Of a DNA stretch of 64,000 nucleotides, positions 39,001-51,587 are shown one piece after another. Source of the DNA: Octopus vulgaris (taxonomy: Eukaryota); the NCBI GenBank assembly GCA_951406725.2, contig OX597825.1:71300001-71364000 (forward strand). The letters are read 5' to 3'. The stretch's first letter is position 1. Each line of letters opens with the position of its first letter. Under the pieces are notes generated by a model, which was not told where the DNA came from, ran no database searches, and saw nothing but the letters and a program-made list of their open reading frames with translations. A program made the position numbers and the translations under genes.

Positions 39001-39366
39001 TGGACGGAGTTTATTGAGGCAGATTTTCCTCAGCTAGATACCCTTCCTTTTGCCAATGGGTATTTGGTTCCAAGCAAGATAATAGTTCCTCTGTTGAAAA
39101 TTTTTATAAGGGAAAACTCAGTCCTGTAATGATTCTGTTACAGACCAGAATCAAACAATTGAAGAAGGGATTAGAGTTTTCTTCATTACACAAAAGAGTT
39201 TCTCACTTTCCTTCAAAATGAAAGTAAGCAACATTAGTACAATTTGTGTAATACCATGTGTTCAGCCCCATGTGGTGCTGTCTTGGACAGGAAGCTAATA
39301 GTCAATAAATCTTTCAGATTTATTGACTATTAACTTCCTGTTTTAACCTAGCCCCAAGTATATACC

Positions 39367-39598
39367 TATTTCTTTACTGCCCACAAGGGGCTAAACACAG
39401 AGCGGACAAACAAGGACAGACATAGGTATTAAGTCGATTACATCGACCCCAGTGCGTAACTGGTACTTAATTTATCGACCCCGAAAGGATGAAAGGCAAA
39501 GTCGACCTCGGCGGAATTTGAACTCACAACGTAACGCAGACGAAATACCGCTAAGCATTTCACCCGGCGTGCTAACGTTTCAGCCAGCTCGCTGCCTT
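39367..39598 (-). mobile_element. SINE family B monomer
   Basis: CpG-rich consensus-like copy; flanking repeat agtatatacc. Confidence 0.88.
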
Positions 39599-40477
39599 AA
39601 TATAGTATATACCAAGTATATACCACTTGATGGTAAACATTACTGCTGCAATTGATGTGTGTTTTGTTGACTTGCAGTGCCAAGTCCAAGTCTCCTTTTA
39701 GAATGGTGTAGGCATTGGGAAACTTTTCTAGTGTATCCCAGCCTTGAACCTCACCATGGAGACCTAGTCTATAGTTGTGCTCCAATAATCCAGTAAGGTT
39801 GCTTCAATGATTCAATAAGATTGTAGCTCTAATTACTACCAGATTAATCCTAATCCCAAACAACAGTTTTACCCAGCTCTATATGCGTATTCAACTGAAT
39901 GATAAAAGATTTCAGATCATTAACAGGGTTTCTTCAGAGTATTTTATTAATGTTATTTTAAGAGTTTGGAAGGATTTTCTTAGAAAACTTTTTTTGTTTA
40001 TACAAAGGTGAGAGAAGCTAAGCAAACATTTAAGTTACAAAAACATAAATCTTAAAATGAGGATTTGACATCAAGCATTCACTGACCATAATTAATAGGT
40101 TTATAAACAAAAGTTTATAATAAAACTTACATTGTTTTACTTATTTATCTATTAGCTCGTTTGTTTGTGGATTTCTTCCTCTATCCCATATGTTAGTCAA
40201 ATGAAAAAAAGCTCTATTGAGCGACTGACTGAAACCTATAAACATCAATGGTTGGGCATTTTGCAGGATATTTTCTGGTTATTTCTGGCAGTATAAATGA
40301 CCACTTTGAAGCCTCTTCTTGCCTATAGATTCTTATAGTGGCTACAGTAGAGATGAGCATTGTGAATTTGGTCTTTGGTCCTGACAAGACAGTCTTTGTT
40401 TCTCAGTTTTTATTTATTTATTTCTCTGTTTGTTTGCAAAAAAAAAACACATTTACAAGTCACTGTAATATGTTGCC

Positions 40478-40802
40478 CATGTCGGTGGCACGTAAAAAGC
40501 ACCATCTGAATCGTGGCTGAAGCCAGTGCCGCCTCGACTGGCTTCCGTGCAGGTGGCACGTAAAATGCACCAATCCGACCGTGGCCGATGCCAGCCTCGC
40601 CTGGCACCAGTGCAGGTGGCACATAAAAAGCACCCACTACACTCACGGAGTGGTTGGCGTTAGGAAGGGCATCCAGCTGTAGAAACATTGCCAGATAAGA
40701 CCGGAGCCTAGTGCAGCCTTCTGGCTTCCCAGATCCCCGGTCGAACTGTCCAACCCATGCTAGTATGGAGAACGGACGTTAAACGATGATGATGATGATG
40801 AT
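40478..40802 (+). mobile_element. Family C element (RTE-like 3' end with (GAT)n tail)
   Basis: Three ggtggcac(g/a)taaaa(a/t)gcacc subrepeats, then ggttggcgttaggaagggcatccagc...gacgttaaac(gat)n; other copies at 14222-14360(-), 49633-49858(-) and 63136-63454(+). Confidence 0.8.
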
Positions 40803-41952
40803 TCAAACATCTTCACAGTTTTACTAAATCTTGCTGCATGTCACATAAAATTTTAGGTCCTCAAATATCTTCTTAGTGTCTGAGTGTATAAGTCTACCTA
40901 CCTTTTTTCTCTTTGGTTGTAAATTTTGGTCTGAAAAATTCAGCTTGTATGCTGGAAAATTACAGTATTTCATTAATGTCAAGCGTTTGGAGAAGTTTTT
41001 CTAAGAAAACGTTTTTGTATTTGTACAAAGGTGAGAGAGGTTAAACAAAACGTCTAAACTACAAAAACATAAATCTTAAAATGAGGATAAGACACTCTGC
41101 ATTCAGCGCCCACAATGAATAGGGCTTATAAACAATCATTTGTAATACAACTTAAAGTGTTTTGCTTGTTTGTTTATCAGCTTGTTTGTTTGTTTGTGCA
41201 TTTCTTTCGCCATCCTATATCCTAGTTGATTAAAAAAGATCTATAGAGCTGATGGCAAGATAGAGGAAACCTATAAAAATCAATGTAGCGCTTGGAATAA
41301 GAGGAAAGGACAACAACAAGCAACAGGCGTGCAGGTGTTGCATTTCTCAGTGACACAGAAACTAACCAATCAAAGTGAAGGACATAGAGAGTCCTAACTT
41401 AACACACTGACAGTTATCTTTGCTCTTCATCTGAAAAATAGAAAGAAGAAGAAAAAGAAAAGAAAAAAAAAAACCCCATGCAAAACAAACCATGCCAGAT
41501 TAACACTACTAGCTTAGTTATCTAATGCCACTGGAGTCCCGAGGAAACCAAGAAAAAGCTTAAAGTAGTGGACTTGATCTGAGAGAGAGAAAAAAAAAAA
41601 TCTATATTTTTCACCAAGAAAAAATTGTAACAGTTCACTGAAAGCATAATAGAAAAGATAGCTGGGAGAAGAATTTTCAGTAGACGAAAATTAATAAATT
41701 ACTGGTGCGTTAAGTGTTTTGTTTTAATGCAATGCCATATTTGCAAAGTATATATATAGATTTTTAGCCAACTCTGTATATATTGACAAATGTTAAACAT
41801 CCTCTCTCTCTTTCTCTATGTACGATATCTTTGCAGAAAGCCAAAGAGTGGTCAACTAGATGAGTTTCAATCCCTTGTTGAGATTTCAGTCACTGAAATC
41901 TCAACACAGGACTGAAACTAGTTCAGTTGATCTCACTTCTTGTCCATGTTTC

Positions 41953-42378
41953 TTATTTCTTATTTCTTTACTACCCACAAGGGGCTAAACATAGAGGGGA
42001 CAAACAAGGACAGACAAAGAGATTAAGTCGATTACATCGATCCCAGTGCGTAACTGGTACTTAATTTATCGACCCCGAAAGGATGAAAGGCAAAGTCGAC
42101 CTTGGCGGAATTTGAACCCAGAACGTAAAGACAGACGAAATACCTATTTCTTTACTACCCACAAGGGGCTAAACACAGAGAGGACAAACAAGGACAGACA
42201 AACAGATTAAGTCGATTAAATCACCCCCAGTGCGTAACTGGTACTTAATTTATCGATCCCGAAAGGATGAAAGGCAAAGTCGACCTCGGCGGAATTTGAA
42301 CCCAGAACATAGGGACAGACGAAATACCGCTAAGCCTTTCGCCCGGTGCACTAACATTTCTGCCAGCTCGCCACCTTA
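41953..42378 (-). mobile_element. SINE family B dimer
   Basis: Two units joined at gaaatacctatttc. Confidence 0.9.
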
Positions 42379-43224
42379 CTTCTTTTCCATGTTGTTGTAT
42401 AGAGACAAAGTGTTCATATCTGTCTATATACATATAGCGTTGGGTAAAATCTTACTGAAATGTTTTGCAGTTTATACAGCATCAAAATTAAGATACTGTG
42501 GGATGCTTTTTTTTTTTTTTTTGAAAAGTCACAATTATTGCTACTGGAAATGTTAAATCCAAGAACTTGGCAAAGCTTAAAGTCTAATATGAGATGATGT
42601 CTTCATTCTACGAATGCACACCCTGGCTGTATGGTTAAGGAGCTTGCTTCTGAACCATGTGATCTTGGGTTCAGCCACACTGTGCAGCACACTGGGCTAG
42701 TGTTTTCTATGATATTCCTGGGCCAACTAATGTCTTGTGCACAAAGTTGGTACACAGAAACTGTGTGGAAGCCTGCCATGTGTGTGTTTGCCTTCCTGTC
42801 CTCCACCGCTAGATAACTGGTATTGGTTTGTTTATGTCCCTGTGACTTAGCAGTTTGACAAAATAGACTTGATAGAATTAGTACCCAGTTTAAAAAATTC
42901 AGTAATGGGGTCAATTTATTTGACTAAACCTTTGAAGGTGGTACCTCAGCCTTTGAAGGCGGTGAGCTGGCAGAATCGTTAGCATGCCGGGCAAAATGCT
43001 TAGCAGTATTTTGTCTGCCGCTATGCTCTGAGTTCAAATTCCGCCAAGGTTGACTTCGCCTTTCATCCTTTTGGGGTCAATTAAATTTTTAGTTGAATGA
43101 ATTGACCCCAATACTTATTTTCTAAGCATGGTACTTATTCCATTGATTTCTTTTTGCTGAACTGCTAAGTTACAAGGATGCAAGCACACCAACACTGGAC
43201 ACACACACCCACATATATATATAT

Positions 43225-43402
43225 AGCTCCTACATGCATTTTTTTTCTCTCTTTGTTTTTTTCTGTGTATCTTTCTGTGGAAGAGCATAGGCTCAAAACG
43301 TAAAAGACTTTTTCTATTTCTATTCCTGAGCGCTATACTAATACATTTTGTTTGTACTCCATCTGCCTTCATCTTTTGTTTATTTTCGTAAACTTTCCCG
43401 TT
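43225..43402 (+). mobile_element. Possible Penelope-like pLTR fragment inserted in the (TA)n of a family A SINE
   Basis: Bounded by (TA)n on both sides inside the A copy at 43115-43570; contains a degenerate hammerhead-like motif at 43270-43307. Confidence 0.45.
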
Positions 43403-45302
43403 ATATATATATATATATATATATATAATGATGGGCTTTCAGTTTCCATCCACCAAATCTATTCACAAGGCTTTGGTTGGTCTGAGGTTATAGTACAAAA
43501 CAGTTACCCAAGGTGCTGCAGTGGGACTGAACCTGGAAATGTGGTCAGGAAGCAAGCTTCTTACCACATATTATTTTTGTCTGGACTGAGTGGTAGGGTT
43601 AATATTCTCAAGTCAGTGATGGCATTAGTGAAAAAGCTTTACTAAGGAAACGGTTAGCAACGAAAGCAGCTGGCAATTATACAGACATTGCTGCTGTAGC
43701 AGAAACGACATAGTAATATAGACTGGAAAAAATTGCAAGATTGCTGTGTTTAGTCTAAAGAACAATTGTTATTCTCAGAAAGATGTCTTTTCGGTTTGGA
43801 AATCTTTTGGAACAGTTGGAAGTTACTAATATTGTATAGTTTCGTTCTGTCATGTAGAAATTTACTTTGGAAACTGAAACTTTAATCAGAGCTGTATTAG
43901 TAGTAATCTGACTGAAAATATATAATCAAAGACATTCCAATGATGGCCTTCTTATATTTATTCTGTGTCTAAAAATATATTGTCCAATGGCTCTTTTTCT
44001 TTTCTTTTTTCTTTTTGTTTTTAATAAGGCACAGCTGTGGCTAAGTAGTGGCTTTGTGCCAGGTGAAAGATTAGAATATAATAGAGGGATAGAAATATGT
44101 GTCTTACTATGGCGGGGATACTTGGCTACCCCAGTAGTAAAAAAAAGGACAGATAGAGGAGATAGAGATTGAAAGATAGATAGAGTTGGAGGTGAATTAG
44201 GGAGCTTACTCATAGGGAACAGTAGTGAGCAGTATAAGTAGTACAGAGGGGACAGAAGGGGACGTTCTGTAAGAGTGTGCGGGGAAGTATTTTTAGTGAT
44301 GGGAAAGGAGGTGACTGTAACAAGTGATGGTCTTGTTTTTCTTAGTACTTGAGAGGGTAAGGTTCTCGTTTGAGTGGGTATTTAGTCACTGTTATTGTAT
44401 CTTAGGTCACTGCCCTGTAGACTTCTTTGTCTTGGTTTTGTTTATGCTTTCATTTATTATTGTTAGGAAGGCAGTGAGCGGCTTGAAGTCTTAGCATGCT
44501 GAACAAAATGCTTAGCAACTTTTCTCCTGGCTTTATGTTTCAAGTTCAAATTCTGCTGAGGTCAATTTTGCTTTTCATCTTCTCAGGGTTGATAAAATAA
44601 ACACCAGATGACCACTGGGGTCAATGTAATTGATTAGCTCCCTCCCTCAAAATTCCATGCCTATAGTAGAAAGGATTATTAATGTTATAGTTAACTGTAG
44701 TGGTTTGGTAGAATCATTAGATCATTGAACAAAATGACTTGTGGTATTTGTTCTGGCTCTTTTCTGTCAGGGTTTCAAATCCTGTCATGGCCAACTTTTC
44801 CTTTAATCCTTTTGGGGTTGATAAAGTACCAGTCAAGTACTAAAGTTGATTTCATCTTCTAACCCCACTCCCACAAATTTCAAGCCTTGGGCCCATGTTA
44901 GAAACAGTTATTAATGCTGATGCTATTGTTTGAAATTGAGTATTGTTTGTATCGAGGTCATTGTTTAATTGCATACACAGTTGAGAGCTAGTGCATGGCA
45001 GAGAGCCATAAAGGGCCAGAGCATGGTCGTTTTTCTGTCAGAGCAATGAGAACCATCTTGTCATCTTTAAGGATGACTCGCATGATGATTCAGAGTGAAG
45101 ATCAGTTGTGCACCGTCAACCTCACTCTTGACCATGACCAACTTCAATCCAGGGACAAAACCAGGTCATGACAAATGGGAATGAAGACAAATGTAGTGGA
45201 TGACCAAGATGTCTTACTTGCCTCTTCTTGCTCCCTGTCCTTCTCAGCTTGTTGCTACATCTGCATTCCCTTCTGTTTAACCATGTAGGTTTCTTCTGCA
45301 GT

Positions 45303-45527
45303 GAGCTGGCAGAATCATAAGCACGCCGGGTGAGCTGCTTGGCGGTATTTCGTCTGCCGCTACATTCTGAGTTCAAATTCTGCCGAGTTCGACTTTGCCT
45401 TACATCCGTTTGGGGTTGATTAAATAAGTACCAGTTACGCACTGGCATCGACATAATTGACTTAATCCGTGTGTCTGTCCTTGTTTGTCCCCTCTGTGTT
45501 TAGCCCCTTGTGGGTAGTAACGAAATA
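45303..45527 (+). mobile_element. SINE family B monomer
   Basis: 17-bp flanking repeat taggtttcttctgcagt. Confidence 0.88.
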
Positions 45528-47293
45528 GGTTTCTTCTGCAGTATCTACCAGATCCAGTCTCCACAGGCCCTAATAGGCTACCTAACCCCACCATATCTGG
45601 GACCCTGACAAGTGCTACAGCTCTCAAGTTAGAGTAGACTTAGATGCAGTAGTGGTTAAGAGGTGGTTCCACATGCTTCAAAACCCTGGAGCTCAAGAAG
45701 CAGGTCTCCACTATCGTATTATGTAGTTTAAAGCCATGTCCAGGACATTGCATAGAAAAGAACCAGTAGAGAGCTGGTATACAACCGTTATATAGTAGAG
45801 AACTGACATCTAGCAAGGTTGTGGTAGAGAGGCTGTGTCTAGTACAGAACCAGATATCATGGTAGAGAATTAGGCCTTACAGTATTTATTTACATCTTTG
45901 CATTCTTGTAATCAATTACTTTGTCTTTCATCCTTCTGGGGTTGATCGAATAGACACTAGTCAAGTACTAGGGGCACCCCCGACACCAAACAGACTACTG
46001 TATACATCTCCTGTAATATATAGGTTGCAGTACATGCTTCCCCTCAAATGCATAATCTTGTTTTAATGTTAAACATGAATTTTCTAAATGGATTTTCCAG
46101 TTTTAACGATTTTTTCTCACTGATGTTTTTCAATTAGCAAGTCTTACCTTATTTAACTCTCATTACCTATGCTGTTGCTAACTGTAGAAAAATGCTTTAA
46201 CCTAAAATATACAAGACTGGCATTTTAGCATTTTATGGATCAAGAATTTCCTAATGTTTATAAAATTGATCTTTGCAACTTTTGCATAGTTGAATATCTC
46301 TACCACATTCCTTTTATCATACCTTATAAATAATGATATTTTCAAGGAATAAAACTGAATCAAGATTTCTTACTGATTATATATTCTCTGTCCACTAATG
46401 TATTTAAAAAAGAAATGTTACTTTTAATATATGAAAATGCTTAGAGAACTTTATCAAGGAAAAAAATTGACAGTATTTACATATTTTACTAAGCAGTTAC
46501 CAGTTTCAATATATATCTATGTGTGTGTTTGTTTAATGGAACTGAATATATAATATATAGTAGTATATAATAATATATACTAAATGTATTTATACTTCAT
46601 GTATCATATAAATAGTTCTTCAAAGGAATCATTTAAATTTTCTTTATATATATAATGATTTGTCTTGAATGATGTTCAAGCAATTAGAATCTTTTCTAAT
46701 GGAATTCCCATATTGAATATATTATCTTATAATGCTCATAGAGTTTTTTGTTATTAATTTTCTGTCTGTTTGTGAAATATAGTGTTATATTTAATAGAAG
46801 TACTTATATTTTCCTTTGTTTACACCACTTTCATGGGTATAACAATTGGCAACATTCAAAATTTTCTTTGAAAAGGGGATGGGGGAAACGGTAGATCTCT
46901 CTTCTGTTAAATTCCATCTTCATAATTAATGCTGTTTTTCTCATTCACTTTACACTTTCAGGTATATATAAAATATTTAGGATTTCCACGTTTGCAAGAA
47001 TATCGCATATTTTTGTATCTCAAAATACAAAATTGAATATGCAAAACAAAATAATGATCATCACATGTCTATTTTCCATGCTGGCATGGAGTGCTTTTTC
47101 TCTTGGCACCAGCACTAGTGGGGTTGCCTTGCAATTTGTGAGCCTAGGAAAGATGAATTTAGGCAAGGTGATAAGAGCATAGTTTTGTGTGCAGCTCATC
47201 AGACTCTATACAAAGACAGATTTAACTCTTCAGAGTTAAATTTTGTGGATGCAAAAACATTGGTTGCTCTCTGACCAAACTTCAACATTAGTG

Positions 47294-47324
<31 letters not shown>

Positions 47325-47325
<1 letters not shown>

Positions 47326-47623
47326 AGAAAAAAGCAACAAGAATGGATCAATATTTCGGTACAATTGTTTCATACGAAGGCAGCTTTATTAAGGCTGCAG
47401 ATATTGCAGTAAATATGAGTGACCCGTACTCATCAGCCGAAAAAACATCTGAGTTCTCCAAACATCTAATGGGGGTGATGTTACACTTCTGAAACATTAG
47501 GGATAGATCTATAAAAATAAGATTTAGGTAACAAATGGACTTCTAAAAGTTCTTTTAGTGTTGCACAGTCATATAACGGGTTTTAAAAAAGTATTTTAAA
47601 AAACCTCTTAGTTTTCCAGAAAC

Positions 47624-47625
<2 letters not shown>
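47325..47625 (-). mobile_element. Penelope-like pLTR fragment
   Basis: Unique ~300-bp block between (TA)n tracts carrying a hammerhead about 30 nt from its 3' end. Confidence 0.65.
47354..47442 (-). ncRNA. Type I hammerhead ribozyme with enlarged stem II
   Basis: Minus strand: tttcgg [CTGATGA] gtacg-N48-cgtat [GAAA] caattg [TA] ccgaaa; palindromic stem III (acaattgt), GUA triplet. Confidence 0.8.
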
Positions 47626-47664
<39 letters not shown>

Positions 47665-47706
47665 CAATAATAATTCTCTAAAAGGGATATAGACAGTAAC
47701 TGCTTG

Positions 47707-47949
47707 ATAACATAAGGGACTAAAGCCATCTGAATATGGCTAGGGACAGGGCAGGGTGGTGGGGGTGTTACTGTTGCATTTAGCCCCAGGCGAACATCGA
47801 CGTCACCAGAAAGGCTCGACACCGTCACGGTGACGGTGTCGAGCCTTTCTGGTGACGTCGATGTTCGCCTGGGGCTAAATGCAACAGTAACACCCCCACC
47901 ACCCTGCCCTGTCCCTAGCCATTTCAGATGGCTTTGTCCCTTATGTTAT
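47707..47949. repeat. 243-bp near-perfect palindrome
   Basis: Arms 47707-47828 and 47830-47949, 1-nt spacer, two single-base indels; lies between (TA)n tracts. Confidence 0.95.
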
Positions 47950-50278
47950 ATATATATATATATATATATAACACACACACACACACATACATACATATAT
48001 GTATGTGTGTTGTTGTGAGAGTTTGATAGTGAAGATCCTAAAAGAGTTGACACTGGAAAAGGATTATGTAAAGGGAAGGGATTAGAGTCAGGGATTTGTG
48101 AGAAAGAGAAGGACAAAGTAGTAAGAATGATGAAGTTAGCTGTGTATAGCCTTGTTTTAATGTTAAACATGAATTTTCTAGTCCCACATTTTATAAGGGT
48201 GAATATGGGTGGAAGATGTGAGGGTTATATTTTTTAATAAATATTGTTGTAATAATTTGAAAGTTAAATGCCAACTGGTCTCACTAGTTAGTGAAACCCA
48301 TTCCAATTGAGTTGAATTGTCATTTGTTACTTTTTTCAGCTAGAGGCTATGACCATTCCAGGGCACCACCTTTAAAAAATAATTCTACTACAGCCAGAAG
48401 GTCTGAAATTTTGAAGGAGGTAGTTCGTTGGTTACATTGTCCCTGTCCCCACCCCAAGTGCTTAGCCAGTGCTTATATTATTGACCTTAAAAAGATGACT
48501 GGCAAAGTTGACCTTGGCGGCATTTGAACTCAACCTAAAACCAGAAGAAATGCTGCTAAACATTTTGTCTGGCATGTTAGCAATTTCATCATCAAATTTT
48601 ACTGATTGGTGTAGTGTTAACGAAGGTTAAAAGTTTACAGTTATGTAATAACTATAATAGCTGCTGCCTGTAAAAGATGTGGCTTCTTTATATTAGGTTC
48701 TGTGCAGTGGCCATGCTGTCAGCAACCAGGAAATGGCTAAAGAAAAAATAATTAACTCCTTAGAGTTTTAGTTATATATAGAAGCTGTCTTGGCTGGTGG
48801 CAGCTCTACACTTGAAAATGTTAATGACAAATTAGTGTTGAAGAGTTTTACTGATGTCAATTGCCAATATATCTATCTGTCTACCAAATGCGGAATATTT
48901 CTGGCTGTCCAAAGTGTTCATTTCTGATGTTTACACTAAAGGAAATAATTTTGGCTGCCAACAAAACAATATTACCAGCTAGTTAGTTCTCCATCAACAC
49001 TGGAATAGTTTTTATTTTCTTCATTGCATCTTACATTACACCTCCACTTTTTCTTTCTCTGTTCCTCTCAATCATTCATATGTTTCCCCATCTTTGATCT
49101 GTTTTGGGTGACAGCCTTGATGTTCAAGTTATTTTCCATGCACTCTGATAATGCTGATGAACATTATCACTATTACTAGCTGATGTTTTATCAGCACCAT
49201 CAAATGATGCAGTTTGGTTTTCCCCTCTCCCACATGACATTTTACCGATGCTAATTCACATTCTCCTGTGTATATAAAATCGTGCTTGATATGTTCTGGC
49301 TAAATTCACTAATGTATAAATAATGCTTACCAGTTCTGATTAATGTCAAGACATTATCAAGTTTCCCCAAAGACTGTTGTTGTAACACGTATGTTTAAAG
49401 GTAGTCCAGTTATGGCTGTCCCAGGTTTTTAGGGTTATCTTTCATTCCCAGCATCTCAAAAATGATGGAAACAGTCATTAGCAAGGGCCTTCTCCAACAC
49501 CTTGGATCCCTCTTCTTTAATGACCATCAATGTGGTTTTTGTGGAGTCAGATCTACTGGTGACTGACTCTCTTTTGTTATACATCAGTAGCCTTCCACTC
49601 TCCAGAATTTCGTAAACCGTGTCTGGGCCACTAATCATCATCATCATCATTTAACGTCTGTTTTCCACGCTAGCATGGGTTGGACAGTTCAACTGGGGTC
49701 TGGAAACCATGGAGGCTGCACCAGGCTCTAGTCTGATTTGGCAGTGTTTCTACAGCTGGATGCCCTTCCTAATGCCAACCACTCCGTGAGTGTAGTGGGT
49801 GCTTTTTACGTGCCACCGGCACAGAAGTCAGTGAAGGCGGTGCTGGCATCGGCCACTAAATGCTGCAAGGTATTTTGTCTAACCCTCTAATAGTTCTACC
49901 AATCCTCTGCCTTAATGTAGCTGCTTCTAACATGGGCATCAGGGCTGAAAGAGTTAGATGCTTACTGTCTTTCCAGTTTACAAGTTGACATTAGCATATA
50001 GTGGAAACATGTAGTGTAAACATGTGGTGTAAACATTCAAGCGTTGTCTCTATCTTTTGAAATCCTGCTGCATTTCAGATGAGATTTTTAGTCCACCAAA
50101 ATTGTCTTGGTGTGTAAGTCAACCTACTTTCCTTGTAAATTTTGGTCTGAAAAATCCAACTTGTATGCCAGAGAATATGGTAAATAGACCCTAGTACTTT
50201 ATTAAACCTGAAAGGATAAAGGCAAAATGTTTTTTCTTCTTTTTAATACTGTTTCTTATTGGCTGTGTGGTAAGTAGC

Positions 50279-50407
50279 TTGCTTCCCAACTACATGGTTC
50301 CGGGTTCAGTCCCACTGCGTGGCAACTTGGGCAACTGTCTTCTACTATAGCCTCGGGCCGACCAAAGCCTTGTGAATGGATTTGGTAGACGGAAACTGAA
50401 AGCCCGT

Positions 50408-50472
<65 letters not shown>

Positions 50473-50676
50473 CTGTGTTTGTCCCCCCCAACATCGCTTG
50501 ACAACCGATGGTGGTGTGTTTACGTCCCCCGTAACTTAGCGGTTCGGCAAAAGAGAGGCCGATAGAATAAGTACTAGGCTTACAAAGAATAAGTCCTGGG
50601 GTTGATTTGCTCGACTGAAGGCGGTGCTCCAGCATGGCCACAGTCACATGACCGAAACAAGTAAAAGAGTAAGGAG
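50279..50676 (+). mobile_element. SINE family A
   Basis: Consensus match. Confidence 0.9.
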
Positions 50677-51187
50677 TCTTAAACCTTCTTTTTTTTTTTT
50701 ACCCACATGTCTGACCACCACTACAACCACCACCACCACCAATACAACAGTCATCACTATTGTCCTTACCACAATTCCTTAAAGAATTTTCTCTACATTT
50801 AATTTACCTGGCAAGGAAATCGGTGAAAATGGATGACACTTGCAATTGTGTGCACTGACTGGCTGCAAATAACTGCAGCTGCCTACCTTCAGCTGACTGA
50901 CATGTTTCTAGTTTTAAGTTTGCTGCTGAAGAAAACCAAAGGAAGTGGTGTTGACATTTTGAACAATGTGGTGGTGGGGAGTCAGTAAGGGCACAGTGAA
51001 GGTATGGCCAAGTTGTAGTTGACAAAGATGTCTGGTGGGGGTAACTGGTGGTGTGTGGATGGCTGGCTTTGGTTGTGCTCCCTACTGTAAACATGTAACG
51101 GCATGGCGGGGGTCAGAATGTGTGTGTGTAGGGGGGTTATTTTCCTCGAACACACTTTATTCTCGATATTTTGAAATATCTCCCTTT

Positions 51188-51389
51188 CTCTCTTTTACTT
51201 GTTTCAGCCATTCGACTGCGGCCATGCTGGAGCACCGCCTTTAGTCGAGCAAATCGACCCCGGGACTTATTCTTTTGTAAGCCCAGTACTTATTCTATCG
51301 GTCTCTTTTGCCGAACCGCTAAGTGACGGGGACGTAAACACACCAGCATCGGTTGTCAAGCAATGCTAGGGGGACAAACACAGACACAC

Positions 51390-51424
<35 letters not shown>

Positions 51425-51587
51425 ACAGGCTTCTTTCAGTTTCCGTCTACCAAATCCACTCACAAGGCATTGGTCGGCCCGGGGCTATAGCAGAAGACAC
51501 TTGCCCAAGATGCCACGCAGTGGGACTGAACCCGGAACCATGTGGTTGGTAAGCAAGCTACTTACCACACAGCCACTCTTGCGCCTA
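51188..51587 (-). mobile_element. SINE family A, young subfamily
   Basis: CpG-intact consensus-like copy. Confidence 0.9.

Noticed and set aside
47583-48018. Two divergent ORFs with identical N-termini (MTVSSLSGDVDVRLG...)
   Set aside because: Consequence of the palindrome; GTG starts at the symmetry centre.
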